DNA of 23,872 nucleotides, from positions 1 through 23,872 of the forward strand of contig DATDXA010000049.1 in assembly GCA_035289485.1 (NCBI GenBank), written 5' to 3'. This DNA is from an archaeon (GTDB lineage Archaea > Iainarchaeota > Iainarchaeia > Iainarchaeales > Iainarchaeaceae). The notes under the pieces were generated by a model. That model made no database searches. It was not told the origin of the DNA and saw only the letters and a program-made list of their open reading frames with translations. Position 1 is the stretch's first letter; the number at the start of each line of letters is the position of its first letter. A program made the position numbers and the translations under genes. Below, piece after piece: positions 1-8,867 of this stretch.

Positions 1-1
1 C

Positions 2-1882
2 GGCTCAAGCGATGTCGTGATAGGGAAGGACACCTGCGATGACGCCATGAACGCGGTTGACGAGTACCGCACCTTCGGCGCGGACCTTTCATTCATGTGC
101 TCGGAGAATAACTTCTGCACAGGCATACACTCCGACAGCTACTCATGTTCCTTTACCTGCGGTGCATGGAACTGCGATGAGGGAAATGACGAATACGAGG
201 TCCTTGCATGCGGCGGCATCACAAACCCCGACCCGGGCAGGGACGCATGGGACCAGCTGATACCCGGGTGCAAGGAGCTTGCGCAGGATGCGTGCTCGGC
301 GCGCGGCGAAGGCTGCCAGATAGAGAGGCCATGCTATTTCAAGGACATTTACGGCGGAAGGGCGGATAGTGCCGTGTGCAAGTGCAGCTGCCCATACAAA
401 GGCCAGGAGCCCACCACAACGGCTGCGGAACTCGAGGGCGTGATGGGCGAGACATTTGACATTGCCTCCTTCAACTTTGAAAGCTGGGAGAGGGAAAACA
501 AGACCTCATGCTGGGGCAAGAGCAGCGTTGTCAACGAAACTAAAAAAGGCAGGAGCATAATAGGAAAGGTTGGCGACACGCTCAAGGCAGCCGCTGGCTC
601 GGTTGGGAATTTCTTCGGCTCAGTGGGCGGAAAGGTGAAGGGCCTTCTTGGCAGGAGCAAATTGCCTTTTTCTTCCAATGCGCAGTCAACCGCAAATCTG
701 CGCGCCCCTGCAAAAACAAATGAGAGCATAAGGGCGGCCCTTATGGGAAGCAACGCCTGCGACCCAACCAACGAGGGAACTGGAGATGATTCCGGTCCCA
801 AGCCCGAGGACTTTGTCATAATCGGCTCCGAAACCGACCACATAATAACCTCTACAGAAAAAGAGGTGGACATTGTTGCCACGGGATATGCCGATGCGAA
901 CCCCCTGCCGCCTGCAATATCAACATTGCCCGTAGCAACCGCAAACAAGTGCATTGAGGACTGGAGCTGCAGTGAGTATGGCAACTGGAGCGGCTGCAGT
1001 TCAGGGAAGGCTGATGAAACGCAGTTCAGGTCAAGGGCGAGAAAATGCGCAGACAAGAACTCGTGCAAAAGCTTTGAGGGCAAGCCCAAGACCACTGAAA
1101 GTGAAAAAAGGCCTTGCAATGCCGGCACCGCAACGGATGAAAATGAATCCATTGACACAACGGGCGCATGCACAGAAAATTGGAGCTGCGGCGAATTCGG
1201 CAACTGGGGCGCTTGCTCTTCGGGGACACAATCTAGGGCAAGAACATGCTCTGATGGCAACAGCTGCGGCACAACCAGCAGCCGGCCCGCACTTTCCGAA
1301 TCAAGGGCATGCACTGACACCGTTTCCTGCACGGAAAGCTGGAGCTGCGGCGAATGGGCACCTGGAGAATGGGGCGCCTGCCAGGAAAACGGGACAAGGG
1401 CAAGGCCACTTACAAGAGTGTGCACCGATGCAAGCAACTGCGGGACAACTGCAAGCAAGCCAAGCACTACAAGCAGCGAATCCGGATCATGCGATTACGC
1501 CCCTACAGAGCAAAAGCCAGATTACAGCTCGCATGTCTCATCGCTAGGATCTAGCAGGATTAGCGAACTTAGTTACGCCGGCGGCTCTGCGCAGTTCAAC
1601 ACCGCAGCAAGCAACGGGGAATATGGGTATAAGATTCTCAGCATACCTGCGGGCGCAACGGTGAAAATATGCGTGCAGGTAAGCTCCGGCTCGATTGGCT
1701 ATAACTCCTACCCGCAATACCATTACGGCTATGACTGGTCAACACCGGAATGGGAGGCGGCAAACCCGGGGTGCATAACGGCATACAACAAGAACGCATG
1801 GGCTAATGGAATGCTCCTGCATTTGGGAAGCCCGACGCCAGCAACCGCAGCCGGAACGGTTACAGTAAGCCTGATTAGCTAA
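2..1882 (+). CDS. Cys/Trp-rich extracellular/surface protein with three thrombospondin-type-1-like repeats (5'-truncated)
   Basis: The frame is open from the window edge (GSSDVVIGKD...), so the GTG at 17 is probably not the true start. It has three CxExWSCxEx(G)xWxxC...RxCxDxxxC...P..(S)ES..C repeats, a Cys-rich N-part, Thr/Ser-rich linkers and a beta-rich C-terminal domain. Confidence 0.8.
   Translation, partial: GSSDVVIGKDTCDDAMNAVDEYRTFGADLSFMCSENNFCTGIHSDSYSCSFTCGAWNCDEGNDEYEVLACGGITNPDPGRDAWDQLIPGCKELAQDACSARGEGCQIERPCYFKDIYGGRADSAVCKCSCPYKGQEPTTTAAELEGVMGETFDIASFNFESWERENKTSCWGKSSVVNETKKGRSIIGKVGDTLKAAAGSVGNFFGSVGGKVKGLLGRSKLPFSSNAQSTANLRAPAKTNESIRAALMGSNACDPTNEGTGDDSGPKPEDFVIIGSETDHIITSTEKEVDIVATGYADANPLPPAISTLPVATANKCIEDWSCSEYGNWSGCSSGKADETQFRSRARKCADKNSCKSFEGKPKTTESEKRPCNAGTATDENESIDTTGACTENWSCGEFGNWGACSSGTQSRARTCSDGNSCGTTSSRPALSESRACTDTVSCTESWSCGEWAPGEWGACQENGTRARPLTRVCTDASNCGTTASKPSTTSSESGSCDYAPTEQKPDYSSHVSSLGSSRISELSYAGGSAQFNTAASNGEYGYKILSIPAGATVKICVQVSSGSIGYNSYPQYHYGYDWSTPEWEAANPGCITAYNKNAWANGMLLHLGSPTPATAAGTVTVSLIS
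950..1492 (+). repeat. Three intragenic Cys/Trp protein repeats (950-1117, 1169-1312, 1328-1492)
   Basis: Units begin CIEDWSC, CTENWSC and CTESWSC; the DNA 9-mer TGGAGCTGC recurs at 962, 1181 and 1340. Confidence 0.85.
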
Positions 1883-1946
1883 AAAGCCAAAATGGCAAAT
1901 CACCGAAAAATTGATGGCTCATTTCGGTTAACACCCCCATCCCCCC

Positions 1947-1954
1947 TTTAAATT
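1947..1954 (+). promoter_or_regulatory. Putative archaeal TATA box for the VOC gene
   Basis: TTTAAATT about 45 nt upstream of ATG 1997 in the intergenic region. Confidence 0.4.
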
Positions 1955-1996
1955 TATTCTTGCCAATTCTAAAAGAATAATCAGGATGCAACCTTT

Positions 1997-2905
1997 ATGC
2001 AAAAAATCACACCATTCCTTTGGTTCGACAACCAAGCCGAAGAGGCAGCGAAGTTTTACACTTCAATTTTCAAAAAGTCCAAAATTCTCACTACAATGCG
2101 CTATGATGGCGCCGGAGCAGAAGTTTCAGGCAGGCCAAAGGGCAGCGTGATGACTGTAACATTTCGCATTGAGGGGCAGGATTTTACAGCGCTCAACGGG
2201 GGGCCGATTTTTCGGTTCAATCCATCCATTTCTTTCATGGTCCAGTGCACAAGCGAAAAGGAAATCGATTTTTTCTGGGAAAAGCTCTCAGCTGGCGGAA
2301 ATGTGATGATGGAATTCGGGATGTATCCTTTCGCAGAAAAATACGGCTGGCTAAATGACCGCTACGGTGTTTCTTGGCAGCTCATATTCAATCAGCAAAT
2401 GCCGGTATCCAAAAAGCAGAAGATAGTTCCATGCATCATGTTTGTAGGCGCGAACAACGGGCGCGCAGATGAAGCAATCAAGCAATACACTTCCATATTT
2501 CCCAAATCAAAAACTCTTTTCATTTCGCGCTACGCAAAAGGTGACCCGGACAAGGAAGGCAACATCAACCACGGCAGGTTCAGACTTTGCGGGCAGGAAT
2601 TCGGCATCATGGAGAGTAGCGGGCCGCATGAATTCACCTTCAATTCAGCAACATCATTTGTCGTGGACTGCAAAACCCAAAAAGAGGTTGATTATTTTTG
2701 GAATAAGCTCACTGCGGGAGGAGCAGAAGTTCAGTGCGGCTGGCTTTCGGACAAGTTCGGGGTTGCTTGGCAAATCGTTCCGGAAATTCTTGAAAAGCTT
2801 TTAGCAAGCAAGAACAAGGAGAAATCCGAGAAAGTGATGGCTGCGATGCTCAAGATGGTGAAAATAGACATTGCGGGACTCAAGAAGGCGTTTGGGAAAA
2901 AATAA
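1997..2905 (+). CDS. Two-domain VOC/PhnB (3-demethylubiquinone-9 3-methyltransferase-like) glyoxalase-superfamily protein
   Basis: MQKITPFLWFDNQAEEAAKFY start, LNGGP, and duplicated GWLxD(R/K)(Y/F)GVxWQ motifs. Confidence 0.9.
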   Translation: MQKITPFLWFDNQAEEAAKFYTSIFKKSKILTTMRYDGAGAEVSGRPKGSVMTVTFRIEGQDFTALNGGPIFRFNPSISFMVQCTSEKEIDFFWEKLSAGGNVMMEFGMYPFAEKYGWLNDRYGVSWQLIFNQQMPVSKKQKIVPCIMFVGANNGRADEAIKQYTSIFPKSKTLFISRYAKGDPDKEGNINHGRFRLCGQEFGIMESSGPHEFTFNSATSFVVDCKTQKEVDYFWNKLTAGGAEVQCGWLSDKFGVAWQIVPEILEKLLASKNKEKSEKVMAAMLKMVKIDIAGLKKAFGKK

Positions 2906-3026
2906 GCCCGCACTTTCCTGCACGGCCCCATAACAAGAAATTCCACAATTCACGAACCCGCCACCGTTGAATGTGGAAAAAATTGCGGCATGCAAAGGCC
3001 TGCGTGCGTTCACGACGACAAAAGGA

Positions 3027-3032
3027 TATAAA
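3027..3032 (+). promoter_or_regulatory. Putative TATA box (with purine-rich BRE-like flank) for the mscS unit
   Basis: AAAAGGA-TATAAA in the intergenic region. Confidence 0.4.
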
Positions 3033-3122
3033 CATTTTGCCTTTCAACTATGCGGTAAGCAGTTTTCGGCCGCGCAGGCATTTTGCCAGTGGCCTTCTTT
3101 TAGACGGCGTTTCCCGCGCACA

Positions 3123-3130
3123 GGAGGTGA
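3123..3130 (+). promoter_or_regulatory. Shine-Dalgarno site of mscS
   Basis: GGAGGTGA ends 6 nt before ATG 3137. Confidence 0.75.
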
Positions 3131-3136
3131 GAGGGA

Positions 3137-4204
3137 ATGCAGACATTGCAATTTGCAGGCATTCTGTTCATCGCCCTGCCCCGGCCACCTTATAATGACC
3201 CGCTCATGGCGGTGCTGGCGTTTGCCGCGGCAGTGGCCATTACCGCATTGCTAAAGGGCGCGCTCGTATTTGCGCTCAAGAAGCTCTCAGCCAGGACAAA
3301 AAACAAGATTGACGATTACATAACCGATGCCTTCGATTCGCTGGGAAAATCATTCTACACCGCGGTTGGGCTGTTTGTGGCAATGCATTTCATACAATTG
3401 CCTGAAACCGTGGCCAGTGCCGCCGACATACTGGTGCTCATATTCCTGAGCTTTGCACTGCTGCGCGTGCTCAAAAAGGTGGTTAACGACGTAACCGAGC
3501 ACTATCTGGAGACGCACCAGGGCGGAGCGGCGAAGTACGACCCGATGATAATAATATTCATGTCAAGGTTTGCATATTACATCGCGGCGCTGTTCGCGGT
3601 GCTGATAATTGCAAGCAATGCGGGCTTTGATGTAAATGCCCTGATAGCAGGATTGGGTGTTGCGGGAATTGCAATTGCGCTTGCGCTGCAGAACATCCTA
3701 AGCGATGTGTTCAGCTCGATTTCCATCTACTTTGACAAGCCTTTCAAGACCGGGGATTTCATAATACTTGGAACCGACATGGGAATTGTGAAGAAAATAG
3801 GCATAAAGACGACAAGGATTCAGGCGCTGCAGGGCGAGGAAATCGTGATTTCGAACAGGGAATTGACAGAATCGAGAATCCACAATTTTGGGAAGATGAA
3901 GGAGCGAAGGATAGAGTTCAGGTTCGGCGTGGTTTACGAGACCCCGCAATCAAAGCTTGTGAAAATCCCGGAAATAGTGAAAAAGGCGGTGGAAAAGGCG
4001 GAGGGCACACGGCTTGACAGGGCGCATTTCAAGGCGTTTGGCGATTCATCGCTCAATTACGAGGTTGTTTACTTCATTTCCACCGGGGATTATAACAAAT
4101 ACATGGACGCGCAGCAGGCGATAAATCTCTCGCTTGTCGAGCAGTTCGAAAAGGAAAAAATAGAATTCGCATACCCGACGCAGAAGGTTTACCTCGCGAA
4201 GTGA
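3137..4204 (+). CDS. mscS: Small-conductance mechanosensitive channel
   Basis: Several hydrophobic helices, then AGLGVAGIAIALALQNILSD, DKPFKTGDFI, GIKTTRI and the C-terminal IEFAYPTQ, all MscS hallmarks. Confidence 0.95.
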   Translation: MQTLQFAGILFIALPRPPYNDPLMAVLAFAAAVAITALLKGALVFALKKLSARTKNKIDDYITDAFDSLGKSFYTAVGLFVAMHFIQLPETVASAADILVLIFLSFALLRVLKKVVNDVTEHYLETHQGGAAKYDPMIIIFMSRFAYYIAALFAVLIIASNAGFDVNALIAGLGVAGIAIALALQNILSDVFSSISIYFDKPFKTGDFIILGTDMGIVKKIGIKTTRIQALQGEEIVISNRELTESRIHNFGKMKERRIEFRFGVVYETPQSKLVKIPEIVKKAVEKAEGTRLDRAHFKAFGDSSLNYEVVYFISTGDYNKYMDAQQAINLSLVEQFEKEKIEFAYPTQKVYLAK

Positions 4205-4231
4205 GAAAAGGCCTTTTGGGAAAAAGCGACA

Positions 4232-4276
4232 CCGCGGGGCGTGTGCGCATTCCATGGAGGAGTTTGCGCCCCGCGG
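4232..4276. other. GC-rich inverted repeat/hairpin between mscS and the glycosyltransferase gene
   Basis: CCGCGGGGCG (4232-4241) is the exact reverse complement of CGCCCCGCGG (4267-4276). Confidence 0.7.
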
Positions 4277-4288
4277 ATATTTATTTTT

Positions 4289-6295
4289 ATGAGAATTTAT
4301 TACGCAAGCCAGTCCTTTTACCCATACATCGGCGGGGTCTCAACGTACCTTCTCAACCTCGCGAGGTCAATGGTTGAAAACGCCAATGAGGTGGTCGAGG
4401 TGCACCTGCGGCCGTTTGGCGAGGAGAATTACGCCGAGGTCAAGGGGGTGGAGGTGCACCGTGTGCCCAAAGAGCCCATTGAAAAGGATGTTTTCGGGGG
4501 CTACTACGCGTTCAAGGAGGCGGTTTACAGCGAGTGCCACTACAACACGCGCGCGTTTGGTGTTCCCGCGGAAAAAATGCCCGGATTTGAGGATTTTAGC
4601 AGGGTCAACGAATATTTCGGGACAAGACTGCGCGAGCTTTTGGAATACCAGCGCGCCGACATTGTCCACATACACGATTTCCAGCTCCTGTTTGCATACA
4701 AATATGTGCCGCGCGGCACGCCGCTGGTTCTCACATGGCACATACCTTTCGCGCAGAACATGTCCAAAAAGCTCTCAAGATTTTTGGTAAGGCACCTAAA
4801 GCAGTACGACCGCGTGGTTTTTTCCACGCAGGATTACATTGATGCCGCGGTCGGGGCCGGTTTTCCCGCGGAGAAGGCGGAACTTATTTACCCCATCACT
4901 GACACGAATATTTTCAGGCCAATGACGATCAATCTCTCACGCATGCGGGAAAAATACGGCATCCCGAAGAAGGCGAAGGTGATTCTTTCGGCGCAGCGCA
5001 TAGACCAGAAATCCGGCCATGAGCAGCTCATAAGGGCGATGCCGAAAATCCTCGAAAAGGTGCCGAATGCCGCGCTGGTTTTTGTCGGCGCGGAGTCGCT
5101 TAGCAACAAAATCTCAAAGGAGCGCGAGGAGCTGAACAAAAGCGTGCACTCACTAATAGATGAACTCGGGCTTGGAAAAAAGGTTTTTTTCATGGGCAAT
5201 GTGGATTATGCCAAAATGCCGGAAGTTTACAACTGCGCAGACATTGTGGCGCTGTGCTCGAAAAATGAGGGGTTTGGCCTTTCAATCACGGAAGGCATGT
5301 CGTGCGGCAAGCCGCTTGTGGCGACAAATGTCGGCGGCCTGCCGATACAGGTCAAGAACGGCAGGAACGGGTTTCTTGTCGAATACGGGGATTATGCCGG
5401 CACAGCGCTGAAAATTTGCAGGGTGCTCCTTAACACGGATCTTGCCGGCAGGATGTCGCGCTCATCGCTTGCAATATCGCAAAAGTTCAGCCTTGATACC
5501 GGAATCGAGAGGCACATGGCGCTCTACACGAGGCTGCGCATGGAAAAGGACGAGGTCTACCGGCTCGACCATTTTGAGCATGGAAGGATACGCGCGATAA
5601 TAACCGATTTTGACAGGACAATAACCGACAGGGCGGCAAAGGCGCGCTTCGACCCCGATGACCTGGATTTTGGCCTGCTCCGGGAAATGAAGGCGACCGG
5701 AATTGACCTGGTGCTCGCAACAGGCAGGCCGTTTAGCTATGCCGAGAAGTTCTGCAGGAAGTTTCGGGGGTGGAACTGCGTGATTGCGGAGAATGGCGCC
5801 GTGATTTACATACCGTCCGTAAAAAGGACAATCACAATCAGCACGCGGGACATGAAGAGGGCGAGAAAAATCATCCTGAAAATGGGGCTGGAAGGGACGG
5901 TTGCGGGAGATGTGATTGTGAGCGTGAAGGCGGGGGACTGGAAGGCGGTTTCGCAGGCGCTTGGCGGGCTCATAGAAAGGCTAAGGATTGTGCGAAACGT
6001 CGATGACGTCCTTGTGCTGCCGCTAAAGGTTGACAAGGGATACGGGATAAGGCTTGCGATGCAGTACCTCAACATTGATATGGAGCGCACGGTTGTTGTG
6101 GGAGACGGTGAAAACGACGTTGACATGTTCATGAATCCCGGCTACAAGATTGCGCTCGCAAATTCGCACCCGCGGCTCAAAAGGCTCGCAAACGAGGTGC
6201 TCAAAAAGAAGTCCTTGAGGGGAATGCGCCTGCTCATTTCAAGGATAAGAAGGCTTGAGGAAGGCGCAAGGAACGGGCGGCCAAGTGAGCTCTGA
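4289..6295 (+). CDS. GT-B glycosyltransferase (GT4/GT20-like) fused to a HAD-IIB phosphatase; probable sugar-phosphate synthase/phosphatase for a compatible solute
   Basis: Start placed at MRIYYASQSFYPYIGGV. GT motifs HIHDFQL, LTWHIPF, RIDQKSG and EGFGLSITEG; HAD motifs DFDRT, ATGR, AENG, KG and GDGENDVDM. Confidence 0.85.
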   Translation: MRIYYASQSFYPYIGGVSTYLLNLARSMVENANEVVEVHLRPFGEENYAEVKGVEVHRVPKEPIEKDVFGGYYAFKEAVYSECHYNTRAFGVPAEKMPGFEDFSRVNEYFGTRLRELLEYQRADIVHIHDFQLLFAYKYVPRGTPLVLTWHIPFAQNMSKKLSRFLVRHLKQYDRVVFSTQDYIDAAVGAGFPAEKAELIYPITDTNIFRPMTINLSRMREKYGIPKKAKVILSAQRIDQKSGHEQLIRAMPKILEKVPNAALVFVGAESLSNKISKEREELNKSVHSLIDELGLGKKVFFMGNVDYAKMPEVYNCADIVALCSKNEGFGLSITEGMSCGKPLVATNVGGLPIQVKNGRNGFLVEYGDYAGTALKICRVLLNTDLAGRMSRSSLAISQKFSLDTGIERHMALYTRLRMEKDEVYRLDHFEHGRIRAIITDFDRTITDRAAKARFDPDDLDFGLLREMKATGIDLVLATGRPFSYAEKFCRKFRGWNCVIAENGAVIYIPSVKRTITISTRDMKRARKIILKMGLEGTVAGDVIVSVKAGDWKAVSQALGGLIERLRIVRNVDDVLVLPLKVDKGYGIRLAMQYLNIDMERTVVVGDGENDVDMFMNPGYKIALANSHPRLKRLANEVLKKKSLRGMRLLISRIRRLEEGARNGRPSEL

Positions 6296-6403
6296 AGATG
6301 ATTGCCCGGGCAAATGGCGGGCCAAAAAGCGCCGTCTTAGGGAAACGGCATGGCAATGTATTTATTTGGAAATGTGTTTAGTTAATCGGTTCGGTGTTTG
6401 AAC

Positions 6404-7069
6404 ATGCGCATTGTAATCTGCCGCCACGGCGAAACGGATTTGAACAGGGAGAAAAGGCTGCAGGGCAGGATGGAAACCCAAATCAATGAAAATGGCAGGG
6501 GGCAGGCCGCGCTTGTTGGGAAAAAATTAAAAGAAGAGAAGTTTGACGCGGTGTTCTGTTCTCCACTTAAAAGGTGCAGGGAAACCGCGCAAATAATAAT
6601 GAAATTTTTGCCAAAGAACAAAGTTGTTTTCCGTGAAGAGCTAGCGGAAGTCAATTTGGGCAAATACTCCGGCATGGATGTGCGCGACATCAATGAAAAA
6701 TTCCCAGGCGACTGGGCAGAGCGCGTTGACAACAAGTACGAGTTCGTGCACGAGCTCGGGGAGAGTTACAAGAACGCGGATGAACACCGCGTAAAGCCGC
6801 TTCTAAAGGAGTTCTCGGAAAAATACTCAAGCAGGAATATTCTTGTGATTACGCACGGCGGGATTTGCAGGCTCATGCTCGGAGACCTTTTGGGGCTTGC
6901 ACCGGTTGAAAAAATGAGCATTGAGCTTCCAAATGATTGCATTTACTTTGTTGAGTACCGCCCGCACAAGACAGCGGTGCAGTTCTACCTTGCGGAAAGC
7001 GGGATACACGGCGAAGGGCATCTTACAAAGGAAAAGCACGAGGCGCATTTGAATAGGAAAACCAACTGA
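6404..7069 (+). CDS. Histidine phosphatase (phosphoglycerate mutase/CobC-like family)
   Basis: RHGET motif, SPLKRC, LAEVNLG, GES and ITHGG; ATG 6404 preferred over TTG 6398. Confidence 0.92.
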   Translation: MRIVICRHGETDLNREKRLQGRMETQINENGRGQAALVGKKLKEEKFDAVFCSPLKRCRETAQIIMKFLPKNKVVFREELAEVNLGKYSGMDVRDINEKFPGDWAERVDNKYEFVHELGESYKNADEHRVKPLLKEFSEKYSSRNILVITHGGICRLMLGDLLGLAPVEKMSIELPNDCIYFVEYRPHKTAVQFYLAESGIHGEGHLTKEKHEAHLNRKTN

Positions 7070-7087
7070 ATTAACGGCTTGCAACGG

Positions 7088-7094
7088 TTAAATA
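7088..7094 (+). promoter_or_regulatory. Putative TATA box; probably a leaderless transcript
   Basis: TTAAATA 22 nt before ATG 7117. Confidence 0.45.
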
Positions 7095-7116
7095 CTAGTT
7101 TGAACAAACTTTTTTC

Positions 7117-7413
7117 ATGCGGATGCCGGATTTGAGGATATTGCAATTATTTGGGTTAAAGAAGCCTAAAACAAGAGAGCGGACTTTTGGAGAAATGCGA
7201 GAAAGAAAGCGGGCTCTTGAACAAATACGCAAGTCAGATGCACGCAAACACGCCCTTAATGAAATAAGGCTTGATGAAAGAGCGGCAACAATCTGGGACC
7301 GTGCCGCAAAAAAGTCTCTTAAACCGGAAAGGGTAGAACAAGCTGCAAAAGACGCGAGAGCGCGGGACGATGCAAACAGGCAAAAGTTAAGAGAGCAGCG
7401 CGAGAACGTCTAA
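7117..7413 (+). CDS. Hypothetical basic, helical protein
   Basis: 98-aa ORF that fills the intergenic gap and has a TATA-like box upstream; Arg/Lys/Glu-rich with no recognisable motif. Confidence 0.55.
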   Translation: MRMPDLRILQLFGLKKPKTRERTFGEMRERKRALEQIRKSDARKHALNEIRLDERAATIWDRAAKKSLKPERVEQAAKDARARDDANRQKLREQRENV

Positions 7414-7498
7414 TTGCTTTTTTACCTAAACCGCCTGCAAAAGCACCAATAAGGTTTTATTCTTCAGAACTGAGAATATCAATTAGGATTGGTCCCGA

Positions 7499-8785
7499 AT
7501 GGAAGCCCCGCAGGAGAAGAGCGAAGTTGTCTGTGAAGTGTGCAGGGTGCACTTAAGTAAAATCGCGCAGGTTAAGCGCCTCACTGATATGGAACTTTTT
7601 ATTCTCAACCAGCCAAAACGCGTAATCAATATCAATATCCCGCTTATAATGGATGATGGCTCGGTGAGAATGTTCACTTCCTACAGGGTGCAGTACAATG
7701 ACGCGCGCGGCCCAACAAAAGGCGGATTGCGGTTTTCTCCGAGCGTGAATATGGAGGAAGTAAAAGAGCTTGCATTTTTGATGGCACTAAAGTGTGCGCT
7801 AGTTGATCTTCCATTCGGAGGGGCAAAGGGCGGCATCAAGGTCGACCCAAAAGAACTTTCAAAGAGCGAACTGCAAAGGCTTTCGCGCGCGTACATGCGC
7901 GAGTACTCCGACTTTTTAGGAGAGCACAAGGATATTCCGGCGCCCGATGTGAACACGAACGCTGAAATTATGGGCTGGATGCTTGATGAATATGAAAAAG
8001 TGAAGGGAGTGAAAGCGCCCGGAGTGATTACTGGAAAGCCGCTCTCTTTGGGCGGGAGCGAGGGAAGGCTTTATTCAACTTCACTTGGCGGCGCGATAAC
8101 CCTGCGTCATTACATGAAGATTGCAAAGCGCAAGGAAAATGGCGTCACTGTTGCAATTCAGGGCTTTGGCAATGTGGGCTCGCACCTAGCTGGTTTCCTT
8201 TCTGAATACGGATACAAAGTGGTTGCGGTTTCTGATTCAAAATCTGGAATTTATGAGCCCAAAGGGCTGGATGTGAAAAAAATACTTTCAGAAACCGCGA
8301 AGGGAAAAAAGGTGCACGAATCTCATTCTGGAAAAAAGGTTTCAAACGAAGAGCTTCTCGAGCTGCCGGTTGACATTTTAGTGCCTGCGGCGGTTGAGGA
8401 TGTAATCAATTCAAAAAATATGAAGAGCATAAAGGCGAAAGTAATTTTGGAAATGGCAAATGGCCCTGTTACAGTTGAAGCCGATGAGTACTTGGAAAAG
8501 AAAGGCGCTGTGGTTTTGCCGGATATTTTGGCGAATTCCGGAGGGGTGATTGTGAGTTACTTTGAGTGGGTGCAGAACCTCTCAAACGAGCACTGGAGCG
8601 AGGCGAAAGTGAACAGAAAACTCGAAGAGTACATGCGCAAGGCATTTGATGATATGCAGCGCGTTGCAAAAGAGGAGAAGGTTTCATACAGAAAAGCGTG
8701 CTACATACTTGCGGTGCAGCGCATTTTGGAAGCTGAAGAGGCGCATGGGCGAATTAAGAGGAAAAATGGAAAAGGCAAGAAATAG
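7499..8785 (+). CDS. gdhA: Glutamate dehydrogenase (Glu/Leu/Phe/Val dehydrogenase family)
   Basis: RGPTKGGLRF, LPFGGAKGG, DIPAPDVNT, IQGFGNVG Rossmann motif, EMANGP and PDILANSGGVIVSYFEWVQN. Confidence 0.95.
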   Translation: MEAPQEKSEVVCEVCRVHLSKIAQVKRLTDMELFILNQPKRVININIPLIMDDGSVRMFTSYRVQYNDARGPTKGGLRFSPSVNMEEVKELAFLMALKCALVDLPFGGAKGGIKVDPKELSKSELQRLSRAYMREYSDFLGEHKDIPAPDVNTNAEIMGWMLDEYEKVKGVKAPGVITGKPLSLGGSEGRLYSTSLGGAITLRHYMKIAKRKENGVTVAIQGFGNVGSHLAGFLSEYGYKVVAVSDSKSGIYEPKGLDVKKILSETAKGKKVHESHSGKKVSNEELLELPVDILVPAAVEDVINSKNMKSIKAKVILEMANGPVTVEADEYLEKKGAVVLPDILANSGGVIVSYFEWVQNLSNEHWSEAKVNRKLEEYMRKAFDDMQRVAKEEKVSYRKACYILAVQRILEAEEAHGRIKRKNGKGKK

Positions 8786-8813
8786 CCAATTTTCATGCTA
8801 ATTTAACCACCTG

Positions 8814-8848
8814 TTTAATGAGCATTGTTTATATACTTTAATGCGCAT
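8814..8848 (+). promoter_or_regulatory. Toxin-antitoxin promoter: TATA box flanked by two quasi-palindromic operator-like repeats
   Basis: TTTAATGAGCAT (8814-8825) and TTTAATGCGCAT (8837-8848) flank TTTATATA (8828-8835). Confidence 0.6.
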
Positions 8849-8867
8849 AAATCTGATTGGTGATTTC

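Noticed and set aside
349..1467. 372-aa minus-strand ORF and the other antisense or alternate-frame ORFs in the track
   Set aside because: They are shadows of well-supported plus-strand genes and show no recognisable motifs.
950..1492. CRISPR array or DNA-level tandem repeat
   Set aside because: The repeats are degenerate, in frame and protein-coding; there is no repeat-spacer pattern or cas gene in the window.
2967..3254. Short ORFs upstream of or overlapping mscS
   Set aside because: No motifs, they overlap the SD-supported mscS start, and they span the putative promoter.
4241..4288. GTG start at 4241 for the GT-HAD gene
   Set aside because: It falls inside the GC hairpin; the GT-B fold begins at MRIYY (4289).
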